Of a DNA stretch of 59,683 nt, positions 59,193 through 59,683 are shown piece by piece (position 1 is the first letter of the stretch; every line of letters begins with the position of its first letter). This DNA comes from an uncultured virus (IMG/VR IMGVR_UViG_2509276001_000001) (lineage: Duplodnaviria > Heunggongvirae > Uroviricota > Caudoviricetes), in IMG/VR virus record IMGVR_UViG_2509276001_000001. One strand, written 5' to 3'. The notes under the pieces were generated by a model. That model did not search any database, had not been told where the DNA came from, and saw only the letters and a program-made list of their open reading frames with translations. The position numbers were made by a program, and so were the translations under genes.

Positions 59193-59683
59193 ACGGTTTC
59201 TCCCAATTTGAAGAATCGGAAGCCGCTCATGTGGTTTCCTGTGATTGATTTGGCGACCGCCGACAGAGAGTCGAAACGCTCGTCCTCATACTCAAAGCCC
59301 TCGGTCAGAATCAGCACGCGCCGAATCTTGCCCTTGTATCGCCGTTCGACAAAGCTGCCTGGCGGCGGAATCCGAGGATCCCAGTTCGGTGGCATCTTGG
59401 TTCGCACCACATCGCCACCGACTTTCGGTTTCGGCGGCGTCACTCGGATCACCGACTCGTCAGCGATTGGTCCGGCGCGAAGCAACGCTCGTTTGCTCAG
59501 GCCGCCTTCTTCGTTCGCTTGAATCCGCCAAGCGATGCGGCGAACCAGAAAGCCGCGATTGCGAGAGCGACATTGCTCTTGGTGGACCTCCTCGTACTTC
59601 GCCACCAGTTGGTCGATCGTCAAGTCGGCCAACTCGGCGATTGCAAATGCTGCACTGTTTTTGCTTTTAGGGTTGGGACTCAT
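59189..59683 (-). CDS. DUF2924 domain protein
   Basis: LVRRIAWRIQA..EGGLS; SLSAVAKSITG..SGFRFF. Confidence 0.88.
   Translation of the reverse strand: MSPNPKSKNSAAFAIAELADLTIDQLVAKYEEVHQEQCRSRNRGFLVRRIAWRIQANEEGGLSKRALLRAGPIADESVIRVTPPKPKVGGDVVRTKMPPNWDPRIPPPGSFVERRYKGKIRRVLILTEGFEYEDERFDSLSAVAKSITGNHMSGFRFFKLGETV

Larger units (their letters stand above)
13925..59683 (-). mobile_element. Decayed prophage with defence and cargo insertions (boundaries approximate)
   Basis: Co-oriented recombinase, replication, RusA, ParB-methylase and GpA terminase genes plus tail remnants; no att sites identified. Confidence 0.8.

Overview
The window looks like a planctomycete (Pirellulaceae-like; inferred from gene families) chromosomal region with three layers. 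(1) A minus-strand tRNA array (about 15 host tRNA genes, 47-913 and 12087-12719) is preceded by a short leader ORF and an attenuator. (2) An 11.1-kb large-serine-recombinase element (953-12093) has integrated into the T-loop of the array's tRNA-Lys(CUU) and split it. Its inverted-repeat attP can be rebuilt and lies inside the integrase gene. The element carries its own intact, divergent tRNA-Lys(CUU) behind a homologous leader ORF and attenuator, plus TerS/TerL-like genes but no recognisable capsid, so it looks like a phage satellite. (3) A large decayed prophage (about 13.9-59.7 kb, minus strand) keeps its DUF2924/recombinase, replication, ParB-methylase, terminase and glycosyltransferase modules. 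Its head and tail genes are largely replaced by an Avs-like nuclease-NTPase, a split NACHT/WD40 pair and a nested IS256-in-IS3. It also carries a small-gene array with four repeated promoters and an ECF sigma/ankyrin-heme/acyltransferase cassette. Several frameshifts and one N gap may be assembly artefacts. All calls were made by eye, with no database searches.
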